DNA from: Trichoplax adhaerens
Lineage: Eukaryota > Animalia > Placozoa
Direction of reading: 5' to 3'
Assembly: GCF_000150275.1 (NCBI RefSeq)
Contig: NW_002060948.1
Location: 5,502,336 to 5,566,335, forward strand
Length of the DNA stretch: 64,000 bases
In this document: positions 26,801-40,919 of the stretch, in pieces
Position numbering within the stretch: position 1 is the stretch's first letter
Layout: the number at the start of each line of letters is the position of its first letter
Notes under the pieces: model-generated
What the model was told of the DNA's origin: nothing
The model's input: the letters and a program-made list of their open reading frames with translations, nothing else
Database searches by the model: none
Translations under genes and position numbers: made by a program

Positions 26801-29800
26801 TCATCATCACAATATTAGTCAAAAAATTTGTTAACCTCTTTCTTCCTACGATAGAGCTTTTGTAGTACATGGCATGTATCTTTAGCAAGTACCAGATTAT
26901 CTTCTCCCCTAAGTCCGAGCCCAGTATCGACAAGAGCACTTATGTTGTTGGCTAGAAAGCTTTTTTCTTCCCTAAGAGATTAGTTGTTATATTTTTTTCT
27001 TATTATGGATATTACTAATGTCATAAATTAACGACGGAAATATATAAATCTTACTCCGCAATCATTCCAAGGATAACAAGTGCATAATGACTATCTTCTT
27101 GAGTTACATCATTAACCTATTTATATAAATTGTATAACTTAATTGCAACATGTAGGACCATAAACAAACACAGTAAAAAATTAAGAGAAGTTGCTTTTTG
27201 TAGTTTAATTGCTAGTGAACTAACTGCCATGATAAAGTAGCCCCATAAGAGGCGGATGGTCTCTTTTAATATAAGTCCCTTGCGCATAAATTCACGGACC
27301 TATTTGATGGGCATTGAAATAAAATTCGTAAAAGGTTTATACATAAATAGATTTGATGCGATCCCGTATGCGGTTAACGTAATTGAAGTCAAGAATAAAT
27401 TGTTTGTTTGAGATATTTTAACGAATGAACGTACAAGTTCTTCTACAGATGTTAATTCTCCAATCGTTGAACCTTTTACCAAAGACAGAAGACCTTGAAC
27501 TATAGCCTTGTGATCTCTATTGTAAGAGAGTATCAATATATTCTCACAATTAGTGGATATTTAAGCAATCGAAAGTCAGCCTTACATAAGTAGAATAATT
27601 ACGTATTAAGATGATGCTAAACTTACTTTTTCCTGTTTTGTCCTACAGTGTTTTCTAGGTAAAGTTTCTTGTAAGCTTCAATAACTCCTTCTTTTACAGC
27701 TTGTTCACGAGACCACACTAGCGGTAACATTTTCCTAATTCCGTTTTGGCTCACATTGAATCCAAAAGATCGCGCTGTGACAAAGAAGTCGACAGCTTCT
27801 AAAACATCTGAAGGCGTCTTGGATCCCAGTAAACCTGATATTATTGGAATCGCGTTTTGAACTTGTTTAACAAAGCCTATAGAATCCTTTAACAAATAAC
27901 AATGAAGTAGTAGCTCGTTAGGCAACAATTGCCTAGATAAACTGAAAGCAATAACGGCAAATATGATCAGATCCTTACTTGAAGATAGCGTGCAACCAAC
28001 TTATGTTGTAAGATTTTTTGTTCTATTTCGTTCATCGTCTCTTCCGATGACAAATGATTTTGGGAATCATGATCTTGATCTTCCACTTTGACGACTGGCT
28101 TCTCTTGATCTGCATATTAATTGGAATAATAATCAAATTTTATTAATAGGAAACGACAAAACAGAAATGCACAAAAAATTATCCGATTGATAATTATAAT
28201 TAGAATCAATCAGTAGTTCACCTAAAGTTGATTCCAGTTGTTTTATTGTAGAATTCGTATTCTCCAACGTTAAAGCTAATTTCTCAACATCAAACTTTAG
28301 TGATATACAATAGAGATTAATGTTACAGTACTATCAATTTCAAATCCTTTTCTTTCATCATTACAATAATGATATAATTTCACTTACATCTGCTCCGTAA
28401 GGATTCCTTGCCATATACGAAGCCAAAAATTTGACAGCATTTCTTCTAACATTGCTTGATTTATCATGCAAACGATCTAAAATTAACTCCACCAAACCAG
28501 GTTGTCTAGCAATTGGAACAGCCTATAAATTACATGTAACCCACAAATTAGACGTTATACCAATTTCTAAATAAATTGCCAAATTAGACCCAAGTAACCT
28601 TTTCACCGATAACGTAGGTACAGATCTGGATTACTTTCGAACGAACAAAGGCGTTGACGTCATGAACATGAGCCTGTAAAATACATACATTACTTAATTT
28701 ATTAAAATGTTTTCTACAGCATACAATATTTATACTCTTATTCGTACCTCAAGCCTATCTAAGAAATGATCGCGGCTCTTTTTTGCTGACTCATCTAAAT
28801 CATCCTTACGCAGTAGTGAAACCACAATTGCACCCATAGTAGAAAGTACTGCATTTCTCATTACATAAGACTGAAAATATTTTAAGGTTAAAAGCTTAAT
28901 GAATAATATGTATCGAATAGCCACTGGATAATAATAAAAAAAGCTATATATAATCAAGAATATTTAGTTAACAACATTAGACACAAGACTGTACTAGTTT
29001 TATTTTAAAAGCATACTTCTCCGTCCAAGTGGGAAATTAGTAGGCTTATATTTGCACTTATAACGAAGGGGATCTTTTCAGCTAGTTCGGCCAAAAAAAC
29101 TGCATAACCACGAGTACTACTACTATCACGAGATAGTTCCTGGGGCGAAATTCGCGCAATTTCTCTAATTTGACAATTGTATATATATATATTTATTAGC
29201 GACTACGACTTGAATAATTTTATAAATTATCGATATTTTTAAGTTTATACAAGGAATTATAATTACCACTTTGAATCAAGCATTTACCTAATTATATCAC
29301 TTGCAACTGTATTGGCTTGATATTCGTTAACATAAAAGGCAACTGCATCTGCCATGACTGTAGCCAGATGCTCGAAATGTTGGATTAGCTGGACGACTTT
29401 AACGCTTGCTCCTGCGTAATAAAGCGGTTATATTATGTATTCAGAGAAAAAATGATAGAACTTAAGCACTTACCAAGTGAATGATTGTATTTCTTGATCA
29501 AGATCCCAATAATATGAAAAATAATATCCTTTGTACTATTGACTTTAGCAGATTCCTGCTTTTCCAAGATTGTATAGCAGCAATTTGAAATTAAGCTACA
29601 AATTAAAGATTCAACGTAGTAAATTATATTTTTAGTAACGTTTTGTACCACCGAAAAATTGTCTTCAATACTCGATTAGAGGTTATTAAATAGCCTTTAT
29701 TAATATAAGCTATTCAACATACGTAACGTATTCTTCTTCTACAACTGGAGGATCCCAAAGCCTGCTAATTTCAGTCTGAAGTAATTGCATGATAACGTTC

Positions 29801-32541
29801 AGAGCGGCATCACGCTCATTCTTCCACGACCAGGATAATGTGGTCGTTTTTTTCTTGGTACCCTTACGACTCTATCGATGATTATTTCATTCAAGAATAA
29901 ATACTCTTTCCATATAGTATCAAATACAGTAATACACTACTGAACACAAGTAATACAAAACTGATGCTTGACTAGCTCCCTAGTACTAATAACTTTTAAA
30001 ATTTAGATAATTAAATTTTACCACTGTTGTATACACGTACCTTTCGTGGTGTCACCAAATCGGGTAGAGATTTACTTTCGGAATTTTCAAATATTTCGAT
30101 AAGGTTAACTAAAACGTAACTTAGCATCTAGAATAAAATAATGTAAAAATATTACGTGAACAACTGTTATAGTAATAGTAACTTGCTCAGCTTTGGTAAA
30201 ACGTTGCTGCTGAAATTATCATGCTAACTACATGACCTTATTGAATAATTAATTAGAGTTCACTTTCTACTGGGTAAAATTCATCAAGTTACAGTAACCA
30301 ACGTAACAAAGAAGACATTATTGTAACTGATGGTATGTACGAAGTAAGACGCTTGCAATATTGGTAACTACTAATTAATCCAAAGTAATTCATTAAGAAA
30401 ACATATTTGGAAGAGAAAGTGCCCTTTTATTAAGTTGAAAGTGAATACCTTTAAAATCTTCAATTCCTTCTTTTTATCATTAATATCGTTTTTTTCTAGC
30501 ATTACCGTAAGGTCGCTAGCATATTCCTTCATGACTAAAATGCGATTCAAAATAAAATGAAGCATACCGCTTATACACTAATTGATAACATTTCCATAAA
30601 CTGCTAGGGCTACGGCAGCGATGACAGCATTAAAACACTATTAAAGATATGAACTAAAACTTTTTTTTTCTACGAGTGCAAATGATTGGTTAAGATGCAA
30701 TTTAAATTTCTACCATTGCATATACTGTATATTGCCTATCTGAATGATTTATAATACCTGACAATAAGGTTGTCCAAACGTCTTGCTTGATCATGACATC
30801 CAGTTCGTTATGCTTACTACGTGTGGTGTGTACAAGAAATTGATTACTTTAGCACTGAGTTATAGTGCCGTAATGATGATTTATGTTTATGTTATGGCAT
30901 ATGTACAATTGTACATTGTACAGTATACCCAAAAGATAATACCCTATTAGTAAACTAATTAGAAAGTAGTCCAGTAATTCACTGTCAATACAGTTAAGCT
31001 CGGTTAATTGCTCTGAACTATTACTTTATCTACAGTACAGCGGAATATGACCACTATTGTAACAGCTAGGAAAGTATAACGTGTAAGATCTGGGTGCTGT
31101 AGACTTGTAATATTCGTAAAGATCGATAGAAATGGATGATTATTCTAAACGATGCCATTTCTTCTACTTTATAGCTAGTGAATGTAGAAAGTAATGAAAC
31201 GGGCGTTATTTTGGGGTGAGTCTACAGTATTAAAAGACTACAAATGACAGTCTGATTATTTGGCTACCTTGTACTGTAGTACTAAAGAAGACAGCAACTC
31301 AATTACAGTATCATCGGAATTTGCAAGTGCTTTAGTTGTATAAACCAACTTTATAACATGTCAATATTTCCCAAAGAAATAAAGTGTCTATGTGTGATCT
31401 TTCTATAATTCTATCACATCCAGTAGTAGTAAGTTAGCTGGTATAAGCTATTCATTGAAAGTCTTTTTGAAGGATACCTCTCAGTTTTGATTGGATAATG
31501 TATGAAGTAATTGGTACTAAGTAATTGATTCGACGCAATATTTGCTTTATCCTATCCAATTGTCAGATAAAGCAAGCTATCAAACGATCGACTTACGTTA
31601 GTACGCTATAGTAGAGATTGAAGACATTTAAGATTTGATCGGCACCATGTTTGCGTAGGTTAGAATTAGCACCTAATTATGAATAAGATTCAAAAAGAAT
31701 TACAGTTTTAGTCGGTCAGCAGACGTAGAAATGAGATTGTTGTTTTATCTACAGAAATTAATACTCCTACTAAATAGATGCCATCCATGTAGTCTAAAAA
31801 GCAGTTGAAGGATTCTGTTACAAAGCTTAAAGATACCCTACTATTTCCTAAATTGAAAAATGACTATGATTGTGATGTACACTAATGTATCCTACACAAT
31901 CAAGTCGATAGCATTGACGTCTTGGCTTTGAATAGATAAACTTGCAGGTTATCCCTCGTCACAAATACAGTGATGCATTATGACAACTATCTCAACACGA
32001 TGTTGTCATATTGATGAGACGGCTGTATTTTACGACAATGAGATAGAAAAGTATACAATTTAGGGGGGTCTACAAATTACATAACGATGCATTCGATGTA
32101 GGTCTTGACTATGAGTATACAGATATACATCCATTGGCTTGATCATGAAATACAGATCTTGACAGTCTTGTTTACCGTTGTTCAACTGATTTCTCCACAA
32201 GAGTACAGTAGAACGACGTCATGCTATTCACTCTTTACACCCCTAACTCAATACCATTCAGATTACGCCAACCTCTTGGGCTAAATATGCCTAGTATAAT
32301 ATTTAGTCAGTGCAAGAATGGTCGATGTAGATGGCAATCCATGACTCGTCTTTCCCCCCTGATGACCACTGCAGTGACTGAGAAAAAAAATTCACGTCGT
32401 TGAAAGCAACTACTTACTTCCAATATTACATTGAATTTCTCGCGTGGTGGCGACTTCTTCAACCACATAACTATTGATTTCAGAGACATGAAGTAAATCT
32501 TCCATTTTAAGTGGTAACTTAAAATATTCAGCAGAATTCAT
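23889..32541 (-). CDS. NCAPD2: Condensin I complex subunit 1 (CAP-D2), many exons
   Basis: Start MNSAEYFKLPLKMEDLL..INSYVVEEV at 32541. Internal exons include LWDPPVVEEEY, IKKYNHSLG, SYVMRNAVL, HDVNAFVRSKVIQ, LLGSKTPSDVLEAVDFFVTA..GIRKMLPLVWS, DLTVRFPNLIEPWT, LTHLILNDMIKVKGQISEMAVCLED, GNAVYNILPDIISRLSD. The last exon 24133-23889 ends in TGA. Confidence 0.95.
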
Positions 32542-33039
32542 TGCTTTTCTCCCAACTGGATTCCAATGAACGAGAATACTTGGTGTTAATTGTGTCAGTA
32601 GCCTGCTGGACACGTCCAATTTCGGAAAAGGAATTTGTTGACAGGGAATTCAAGCAGGATTTGGTCCACTGTCCAATAACTCTTTCCACCTGAGCAAGTC
32701 AGCTAGTAAGATAGCTTACAGCCAAGTTGAATTTGACTCTTTAACAGCGATAGAATCGGATAATATTGATTTGCTTCTCCTTCAGCGAATAGGCTGATGA
32801 TATTAATGTGAGTGGCGCAATTTTTTCTCTTCTCTTTTCCTTCAAGAGAGTTTGGTGGTCGCTGATACCAGCAAGTTTATGGATAATAACGTGCAGTACT
32901 GATACTGCAATCGCACTCGCCACAGAAGGATTGTCTATGAAGAAAAGATGTCGACCGCCAGGGCAGTATTGGTAATGGCGCTTTCTTTCTGAATTTAAAT
33001 TTTGCTGGCGACCAATCAGAATGAACGTTGACGTTTCAG

Positions 33040-33765
33040 TGTACAGTACCTGACAACTACAGTACAGTACTGTACTGTACTGTACTGTACTGTACTGTAC
33101 AAAGTCGTTTGAACGACCGGAGTGCAAACCGGACCAGGGTGACACTTAAACAGTACTTACTGTACTGTACTGTACTGTACAGTGTAAAAACTTTGAGTAC
33201 TGTACCTAACAACGACAGTACAGTACTGTACGCTATTCGATTGTACTGTACAGTACTGTACTGTACAAAGTCGTTCGAACGACCAGAGTGCGAACCGGAC
33301 TCGGGTGACACTTACTTACAGTACAAAGTCGTTTGAACGACCGGAGTGCAAACCGGACCAGGGTGACACCTACAGTACAGTACAGTACAGTACAGTATAC
33401 TGTACACTGTACAGTACTGTGTACAGGACAGTACAATACTGTACTGTACAGTACAGTGTAAAACTTTGAGTACAGTACCTAACAACGACAGTACAGTACT
33501 GTACGCTATTCGATTGTACAGTACTGTACAGTACAAAGTCGTTCGAACGACCAGAGTGCGAACCGGACTGGGGTGACACTTACTTACTGTACTGTACAGT
33601 ACTGTACTGTACTGTACAGTATACTGTGTACTGTACTGTACCTGACAACTACAGTACTGTACACTGTACAGTACTGTACTGTACTATACTGTACAAAGTC
33701 GTTTGATCGACCAGAGTGCAAACCGGACCGGGGTGACACTTGTACTGTACTGTACCGAACAACGA
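33040..33765. repeat. Compound array: (TACAG)n/(CTGTA)n microsatellite interleaved with five 45-bp GC-rich units
   Basis: Unit AAAGTCGTT(T/C)GAACGACC(G/A)GAGTGC(A/G)AACCGGAC..GGGTGACAC at 33101-33145, 33267-33311, 33325-33369, 33535-33579 and 33695-33739, between the divergent NCAPD2 and ASTE1 genes. Confidence 0.95.
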
Positions 33766-34007
33766 CGGTAGAACTGAAATTATGAAGAACTTTGACTTTG
33801 TACGTAAATTCTGTCAACGGATTCTCGTTATTTAACTCTTCCTCTATCATTGGAATGAATTAATGGTTGTTTGTTTGTTCACACTTAGCTCGTGGTATGG
33901 ACTGATTTGGCAAAACTAAACCTGTTCTTAAGAGTGGACTGTATCGTTGAGAGCTGCAGCTAAAAGCACGCCATTACAACACAAAAATGGCATATTTACT
34001 TTCGATC

Positions 34008-34030
34008 TGTGACGTCATTGATGGCGGTGT
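34008..34030 (+). promoter_or_regulatory. CRE-like (TGACGTCA) and YY1-like (GATGGCGG) motifs upstream of ASTE1
   Basis: TGTGACGTCATTGATGGCGG lies ~180 bp before the ASTE1 ATG. Motif match only. Confidence 0.35.
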
Positions 34031-34197
34031 AACCCGTCACTTCTTCTTTGTACAGTAGCTATCATCGGACCAACACATTCATACCACCCGACTACTCATT
34101 TGAGCAGAGGTTAGCTAGCTCGGATCCAATTCATTTCTAGTTGGAAACGAAGCGATCTTACAAGGAATGATCGGGCAGTCAATAGCTGTGAAGGAAC

Positions 34198-36183
34198 ATG
34201 GGTATTAAATATTTAACCAGCTATATCAACGCTAATGAAAACATCTTCTTGACTCGGATTGAGGTCAGCCATCAAGATGTTGTGATTGATGGATCGGCAT
34301 TGGTCCATCATTTATACCACCAAAATATTGGAATCGATCCATCGCAGCATTTAAGCTATCGTTCAGGTGGTGATTATCGACAGTTTAGTAAGAGAATTGA
34401 AGGCTTTTTTACCAAGTTGATGCAATATAAAATTCGAGCCTTTGTCATCTTCGATGGCACTTGTGCACTCAAAAAGTTTAAAATGGATACCATCAGAAGT
34501 AGAGCAAAAGACGGGATTGCCAAGGCAGCCTCGTTAAAAACAACCGATAAAGATGTTGTCATATTGCCACCGATGGCTGAAATGACATTCATCCACGTTC
34601 TACGCCAATTGCATATACCCTTTGTTAAAAGTGAAAAAGACGCTGACCCAGAGATTGCTGCGCTAGCTGAAAAGTGGCAATGCTTAGTCATGAGCAAAGA
34701 TAGCGATTTCTTCATTTTTAAACTTAGCCGCGGTTATGCACCATTTGATAAAATCTACATGGATGATGATCATCATTGTCTAGTTTGTTATGCTTATTTT
34801 CAAAATAACTTTAGTCAAAGACATCATATACCGCTCTTGCTGCTACCATTAGTAGCATCATTCTTGAGTAATGATTATCTTAGCTATGAAGATTTGCAAG
34901 AAATTCATTCTACTTTAAGTGTTCGATTGCATGATACTATAAGAGAAAAGATAATATCCATCATAAACTGGCTTCGAAATAAAAACATTACTTCATTTGA
35001 TGATTGCTTATCAGCAGGATTATTAACCTTAGTGCCAAAGCATAAATTGGAAACTCTCCTAGCAAAACTGAGGTATTCAATACAATTTTATAGCCAAGAT
35101 GTCAATGTCAACGCGGTTGAAGGACACCTTCGACAAGAGTTTACATTACCTCAACAATCACATATTTTTGAAAATGATGAAGACGATACCAAAAATTGGA
35201 TCATTAACTTATATCGATATAATAGGTTTCCATCCTTCGCTCTTGACATCATCTGCAATAAATTCGTAGCTTTTCGACCTTCTATAGAGCATGTACGATT
35301 TCCTAGTGTTCACAATTGTACACAAGCTTTACGTGATGTTATCTATGCAATACTATTAAAAGGAGAAGAGGTGAAGGATACAATTATTTACAGCCCCGAT
35401 CGAGGTAATTGCGCTCGTAGATATGATCATATACAGGAAAAAGATGGGTTTATAAAGGAATGGGATCGAATGAAGGAAAGCCATTACGCTGCAAAGTATG
35501 TCAAGATAAAGGAACTACCAACATTCATTTGCAGACAACAAGCCCTAACTCCCATACCTCATTTACACAACCTACGTTTATCCGACCGGAAAGATAGACT
35601 GCAATTTCTGTTAATGGTATTCGATTGTGAACACGATTGCTTACGGGAGTTGAATTTATTTTGGTGGTTAATTGTAGCCAGCCTTAGATACTGGTTTAAG
35701 AATTGTTTACAAGACAGCAACCATCTCTTGCTCACTATCCTACTTGTTTGTATCATTAATCTTTATTATGATAGCGTTCAAGAATTTCCAAAGGAGAGCA
35801 TGTAAGCAATAAACTCTATCATTGAATTAACGTTCAATGTTACAAAACATCTAACCTCTTGTTCTCAACTAAAAATCAAAATCACTTACTTACTCTTTGT
35901 ATATAATTTATGAACACTTTCTAGGGATATCAAGTTGTCTCATTCTTTTATTCAATGGCAATTTGTGTACAAGACCTGTATTTATCTAAATCAGATCGTT
36001 TGCGAACCTCTACCGCAATTGGAGCAAGCTATTTACAGTGGCTCATACATTTGTAGTATTTACAATAAAATTAACCGTACTTTAAGTAAATCGGAAAAAT
36101 CAAAAATTGGCACCGTCGCAGGGGATACTTTAGTGTGTGATACTGAACTTTATTTTAAAATTATCAAGATAGTAACTAAATAA
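34198..36183 (+). CDS. ASTE1: Protein asteroid homolog 1 (XPG/FEN1-like PIN nuclease family)
   Basis: Exons 34198-35801 and 35925-36183: MGIKYLTSYI..VVIDGSAL..GGDY..VIFDG..LPPMA..DADPEIAALA..VMSKDSDFFIF..SNDY and a C-terminal HSFIQWQ..LNQIVCEP. This is the typical ASTE1 layout. Confidence 0.88.
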
Positions 36184-36602
36184 CGATTACTGTTGTGATT
36201 ATTTAGCTATTTGATTCCTATCAAGGAATCTGAAATAAATTATAGCTTGCCTATTTTACTGTTGACTATCCTAACACTTATGAACCCCTAATTGCATACA
36301 GAAGAAATGGATTACATTGTACATATTTAGCTCTTGTCAGAAGATTATATAACCATCTACAATCTATTACATGTAAGAACCACATTTAATCAGACATTTA
36401 AATTTTATTTTCTTAACTTTATCATTTATATACAAATTTTATAACTTCAATATGGAAATATTTTCAAGTTTTCTGAATGATATTACAGTAATATGGGCCT
36501 GCATGAAATAGAACCATCACTTTACTTACAATTGGTTAATTGTGCCGTTGAGCGTTAAAATTATTTATTTATGTTTTAAATCATTCTTCAATAAAAATAT
36601 TA

Positions 36603-37375
36603 ACTGACTTCTAACCAGATTACGGTCTCTAGATTTGTAAATTAATGAAAAACTCTTACGGTAAGAATCGAAAGATTAAGTGGAGTATGCTCCTATTTCT
36701 GCTATTACTGCCCATAAGCCTCATCACTCAATAATTCTGGAAAGTTCGATTGTAACTATTAGCAATCCATTTTATACGTTGTTTCAGCAATGTTGGTATT
36801 AAAAGGGAGAACCGGTTAATTTAATCTATTATATAATTCATTCATGCAGTGGAATCGACTATTCAAATCAAGTGTCTTATTAGTACTGACTTCTAACCAG
36901 ATAACGGTCTATAGATTTGTAAATTGATGAAAAATTCTTGTGTTTACGGTAAGAATCGAGTGATATAGTGGAGTATGTTGCTATTTCTGCTGACCATAAG
37001 CCTCGTCACTAAATATTCCTGGAAAGTTCGATGGTAACTATTAGCAATCCATTTTATACGTTGTTTCAGCAATGTTGGTATTAAAAGGGAGAACCGATTA
37101 ATTTAATCTACATGTCAGATTACGGTCTGTAGATTTATAAATTGATGAAAAACTCTTGTGTTCACGGTAAGAATCGAGTGATGGAGTACGCTCCTATTTC
37201 TGCTACTACTGACCATAAGCCTCATCACTAAATATTCCTGGAAAGTTCGATTGTAACTATTAGCAATCCATTTTATACGTTGCTTGAGCAATGTTGGTAT
37301 TAAAAGGGAGAATCGGCTAATTTAGTCTACAATTCATTCATGTAGTGGAATCGACTATTCAAATCAAGTGTTTTC
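36603..37375 (+). repeat. Tandem repeat, 3 copies of ~230-285 bp
   Basis: CAGAT.ACGGTCT.TAGATTT..GGTAAGAATCGA..CCATAAGCCTC.TCACT..GGAAAGTTCGAT..TTAGCAATCCATTTTATACGTTG..TAAAAGGGAGAA repeated from ~36603, ~36886 and ~37116. Confidence 0.92.
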
Positions 37376-39300
37376 TTAGTTGATCAAACTGACGCTATAA
37401 TACTACAGTACGTTAAAATAAACTACGACATATTGTAACATAAAGGGCTCCCACGCTAACAAGCATTTAAGAAGACTCCTAAATGAAGGATATTCGTTAT
37501 AAGCTGTAAATAAATAATTATTTTTGATTAAATTAATGGATAGCAGGTTTAGTAATTGGTATTGGACTCTTTTCTTTATCAGCGTGTGCTACGCATATTC
37601 TAAATTCATTAGTACGAAATGGATTATATACTTGACCTCCTTAATGTCAATCAATAAGCTAAGTGGATCGGTAGGTACAAGTGAAGTTTATTGAAAGCCC
37701 GTTAGGCTTTTATAGTAGAGCTCCGTAAGATTACAGTAATCGCGTAATACGTTAAGGTATCTGATAAGCGGTAACATACGCTGTAAAGCAGTATACAACA
37801 TACACACATAATACAGTGGTAATACGGTCTAACACGTAAGATAAGCGTATAGTTTAATCTACATTAATCTACACTTAAGTCATTGCACATCTTCTAGCCG
37901 TCGTAAGTGCTAGTATCGTATTAAAATAAGCCAGTACCGTAAATTAATTGATATTTATAGTTGATATTCTGTAGAATCAGCTCTAAAAGGGCCTTTAGAA
38001 TACAGTAGTAGTCGCAGAATATTATTCCAGCAGAAATTTCTTGTGTATATGGTATAAGTATACGCTACGTAGTATAATAATGCACTTGACAGTACAGACC
38101 AGGACTGTATTACTATTCTACTGTTTCTACATGACTATAAAATTATAATTTCTTGAAAAACATAATGATTGATATTAAGGATGAAGAGCAGATTTATTTG
38201 TAGATTGAAAATAAACGCACACAGGTAGAACATTAGAGAGACATACAGGAGGAGGCTACTACCTGGTAGAATAGAATATCGACGGATTTATATTAAACTG
38301 TATAATAATCGATACGAAGGCAGCTAGAATGTGCTCGATCACTTACCACTGTACGCAGTAGATAGTACTTCTATACCGTGGTTACATGGGTATCCTATAG
38401 AGGTACTAGGAAAAATTCTCGAGTGGTACAGTATGACTGAAGTAGTCTATACAGTACTATACTATAGTATGACTCAAGCGACAGATAGAAAAGTTTTCGT
38501 TAGAGCAACCCAACTCGGCAAATCGAGAAGCACTCGAGCAGTTCTTGTTGCATAATTCTTCCTAGGATAAGCTTCACTGCGATATTATTGAAAGATTCCT
38601 TGCAAGATTACTGTAAATTAAACAAGGTAAAGGTCAGGTTAGAAGGTATCATCCTTTCTTTTACGTTACTTTTGCCATATCAATTACAATCCGCTAAGAT
38701 GAAATCATAACGACATACCTCTAGACGCGTGTTAACGCTCTTACTTGTACCATTCAGTTTTCCATTTCATGCTATTAACTGTAAACTAATACACTGTCAA
38801 GGGTATCTACTGTACTGTAAGTATCAAGAAATTGATGTAATATTCCTTTGGATGCAATTGAGTCAATTGTAAATTGGATCTGAACAATATCGATAAAATT
38901 AAATCGTGATTCAAGTTCTTTTGACATTTGCATTCAGTGTAGGTAGCGATATCGTCTTTTATTCTACATCCAAATCATATACTCTTGATTCGAGATGCTT
39001 GAAGATCTTGTAGTAAGCCTCTTTCCCTTTCCTGGGATTAAAAATAGAATTTTCATGGTAAGTCAAATGAATTAAAAGTAGAACGTTATCGTCAATATAC
39101 GTTAAATGTCTATATAATTTCAGTATAATGAAATGCATGTCACTTGCCAATCTCTGCTACTATCATACAGTACAGTACAGTCAGTTAGAGTCTATCTTAT
39201 TAATGCCTTAATGGTATTATGGAGAGCGATAAAATTACGTCTTACTGCGATTCGAAAGCTATTTCCCGTGATCACAGTAGCGACTAGAGACGTGTTGGAA

Positions 39301-40919
39301 ATGGTAAAATGAATTGGATGCCGTTATTACTGTACTGTACAAGTTGACATTGCCTTAACGATACAAAACGTTTTTACACAAGAAATATCTTGTCTATGTC
39401 ATGCTTTAATGATAAATATGATACCATAATGATATCAACTGTAGACTAAAGATAATTTCCCACGACTATTCGTCCATTATATCAATTGAAAGTACTATTT
39501 AGATCATACTGCTATTTCCTGTACTATACCCTTACATAGGTGTATATGATATTCAAGATAAATTACTAGTAGTAAAGAGCAGCGACTTTATAAATAAATT
39601 TCTGTTTTGCGTCGTCTAAAAAAAGCTTATCCTTAGTATTTTCTAACTACGAAATCAAGATACCATTCGTAAAAAGTGTGTGCATATCTACAACTAAAAT
39701 TAATAATCTAGTAAAATTATTTTAATGATGTAATCATGACATTTGCTCAATAAAAGGACTATGAAGGGCAGAAATTGGCTGAATTTGTCATGCAAGCAAT
39801 CATATTAATCTTTGCGGTAAGTTTATCATTAACATAAGCTAAGCATTTCATAACGTTAGATTTGTAAGTTACCTAGATCAACCGTGGATAAAAGTATCAG
39901 TTTTCATACATGCAATGTAAATATGTATGAAAAAAGTTGCGAATTTTGTAATATCGTATGAACTGCTATAATACTGTAACCTTCCTTGACATTAATGTGA
40001 AGTCGCTTTGCCCTAATGGAAAGTTTTATTGACAGTTTCACGTCAACAAAATCCTATAGGAATGTAATCTTATTAGAATGGATTAGATCATTTTGTAATA
40101 CTAGCGAAAAGTCCTTGGTAGTATTGTGTCTCATACATGCCGATTTAGGTGGATTGGCTATACAACTTTCATGTATTGCGATAATGAATCGTGAAACATT
40201 GATTACATCAGTTTACAGCATTCATCTCTTAATCTCATACTGTACTTTTATACATGCCTCCAATAATTTGGCTTTCTTTGGATTGCTGTCTTGTTTTACT
40301 GAAATCCTGTGCAATCGCATTTTGTATAAGCTATTACTGCTAATATAATTAACAAGATTATGACCATGTACACGTATCGAATAGGGCATCGGACTCCTTT
40401 TTGGTTACTACTATGATACCTTTCGTGTAACCATGATGGTTTATGGCGCTGGAGTTGCACTTGCTACAATTGTGAGTTTTAGAATTCAATTTGCTAATTT
40501 TTACGTATTAAGATTGAGTAAGCGCATTGTTACTAAAATTATGCGTGATACAAGTAGATGAATCATTCAGCGTACCGTATTCTCATAATTTATAATCGAA
40601 TATATTCGTCCACTATTGAGTACAGATTGCACGTTCATATGTTTGAATATCTAGTGATGATAACAGATGCTATTTCAAGATTGTAGAACATCATGCGTTA
40701 TATTTATTAATGATGTTTAAAGATAATAGACGAGAGAGTACGTGTATATACAAATTTGATAGACACTCATATAATTTTATACGTCTTCTTTGAATAAAGG
40801 TTACGGTGCCGCCATGGCCTATTTATCGATCTCATCCGTTACGCTGGCAAACACCTAAGGTATCTACAGATATTAAATCACCGAAAGAGAAAAAAAGCAA
40901 ATCCAAAGGAAGAAAATAG
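39301..40919 (+). CDS. SPCS1: Signal peptidase complex subunit 1 (SPC12)
   Basis: Exons 39301-39303 (ATG only, inferred), 39757-39816, 40385-40471, 40800-40919: M-DYEGQKLAEFVMQAIILIFA-GIGLLFGYYYDTFRVTMMVYGAGVALATI-VTVPPWPIYRSHPLRWQ. The DYxGQKLAE and PPWPIYRxHPLxW motifs are diagnostic. Confidence 0.92.

Noticed and set aside
33101-33739. CRISPR array (palindromic repeats with spacers)
   Set aside because: The spacers are microsatellite, vary widely in length (13-165 bp) and are themselves repeated. There are no cas genes, and the context is eukaryotic.
32741-33850. Overlapping ORFs rich in YCTV/YSTV/QYST
   Set aside because: These are translation artefacts of the stop-poor (TACAG)n repeat. 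The same applies to the ORFs at 48945-49245, 49765-49959, 51562-51852 and 56512-56694.
34198-35805. 1.6-kb uninterrupted nuclease ORF as a viral or mobile-element gene
   Set aside because: The motifs match cellular ASTE1, it splices to a second exon, and it has no terminal repeats or other element genes.
37400-39200. Possible extra gene between ASTE1 and SPCS1
   Set aside because: Some splice-like signals are present, but I could not assemble an open, recognisable reading frame on either strand.
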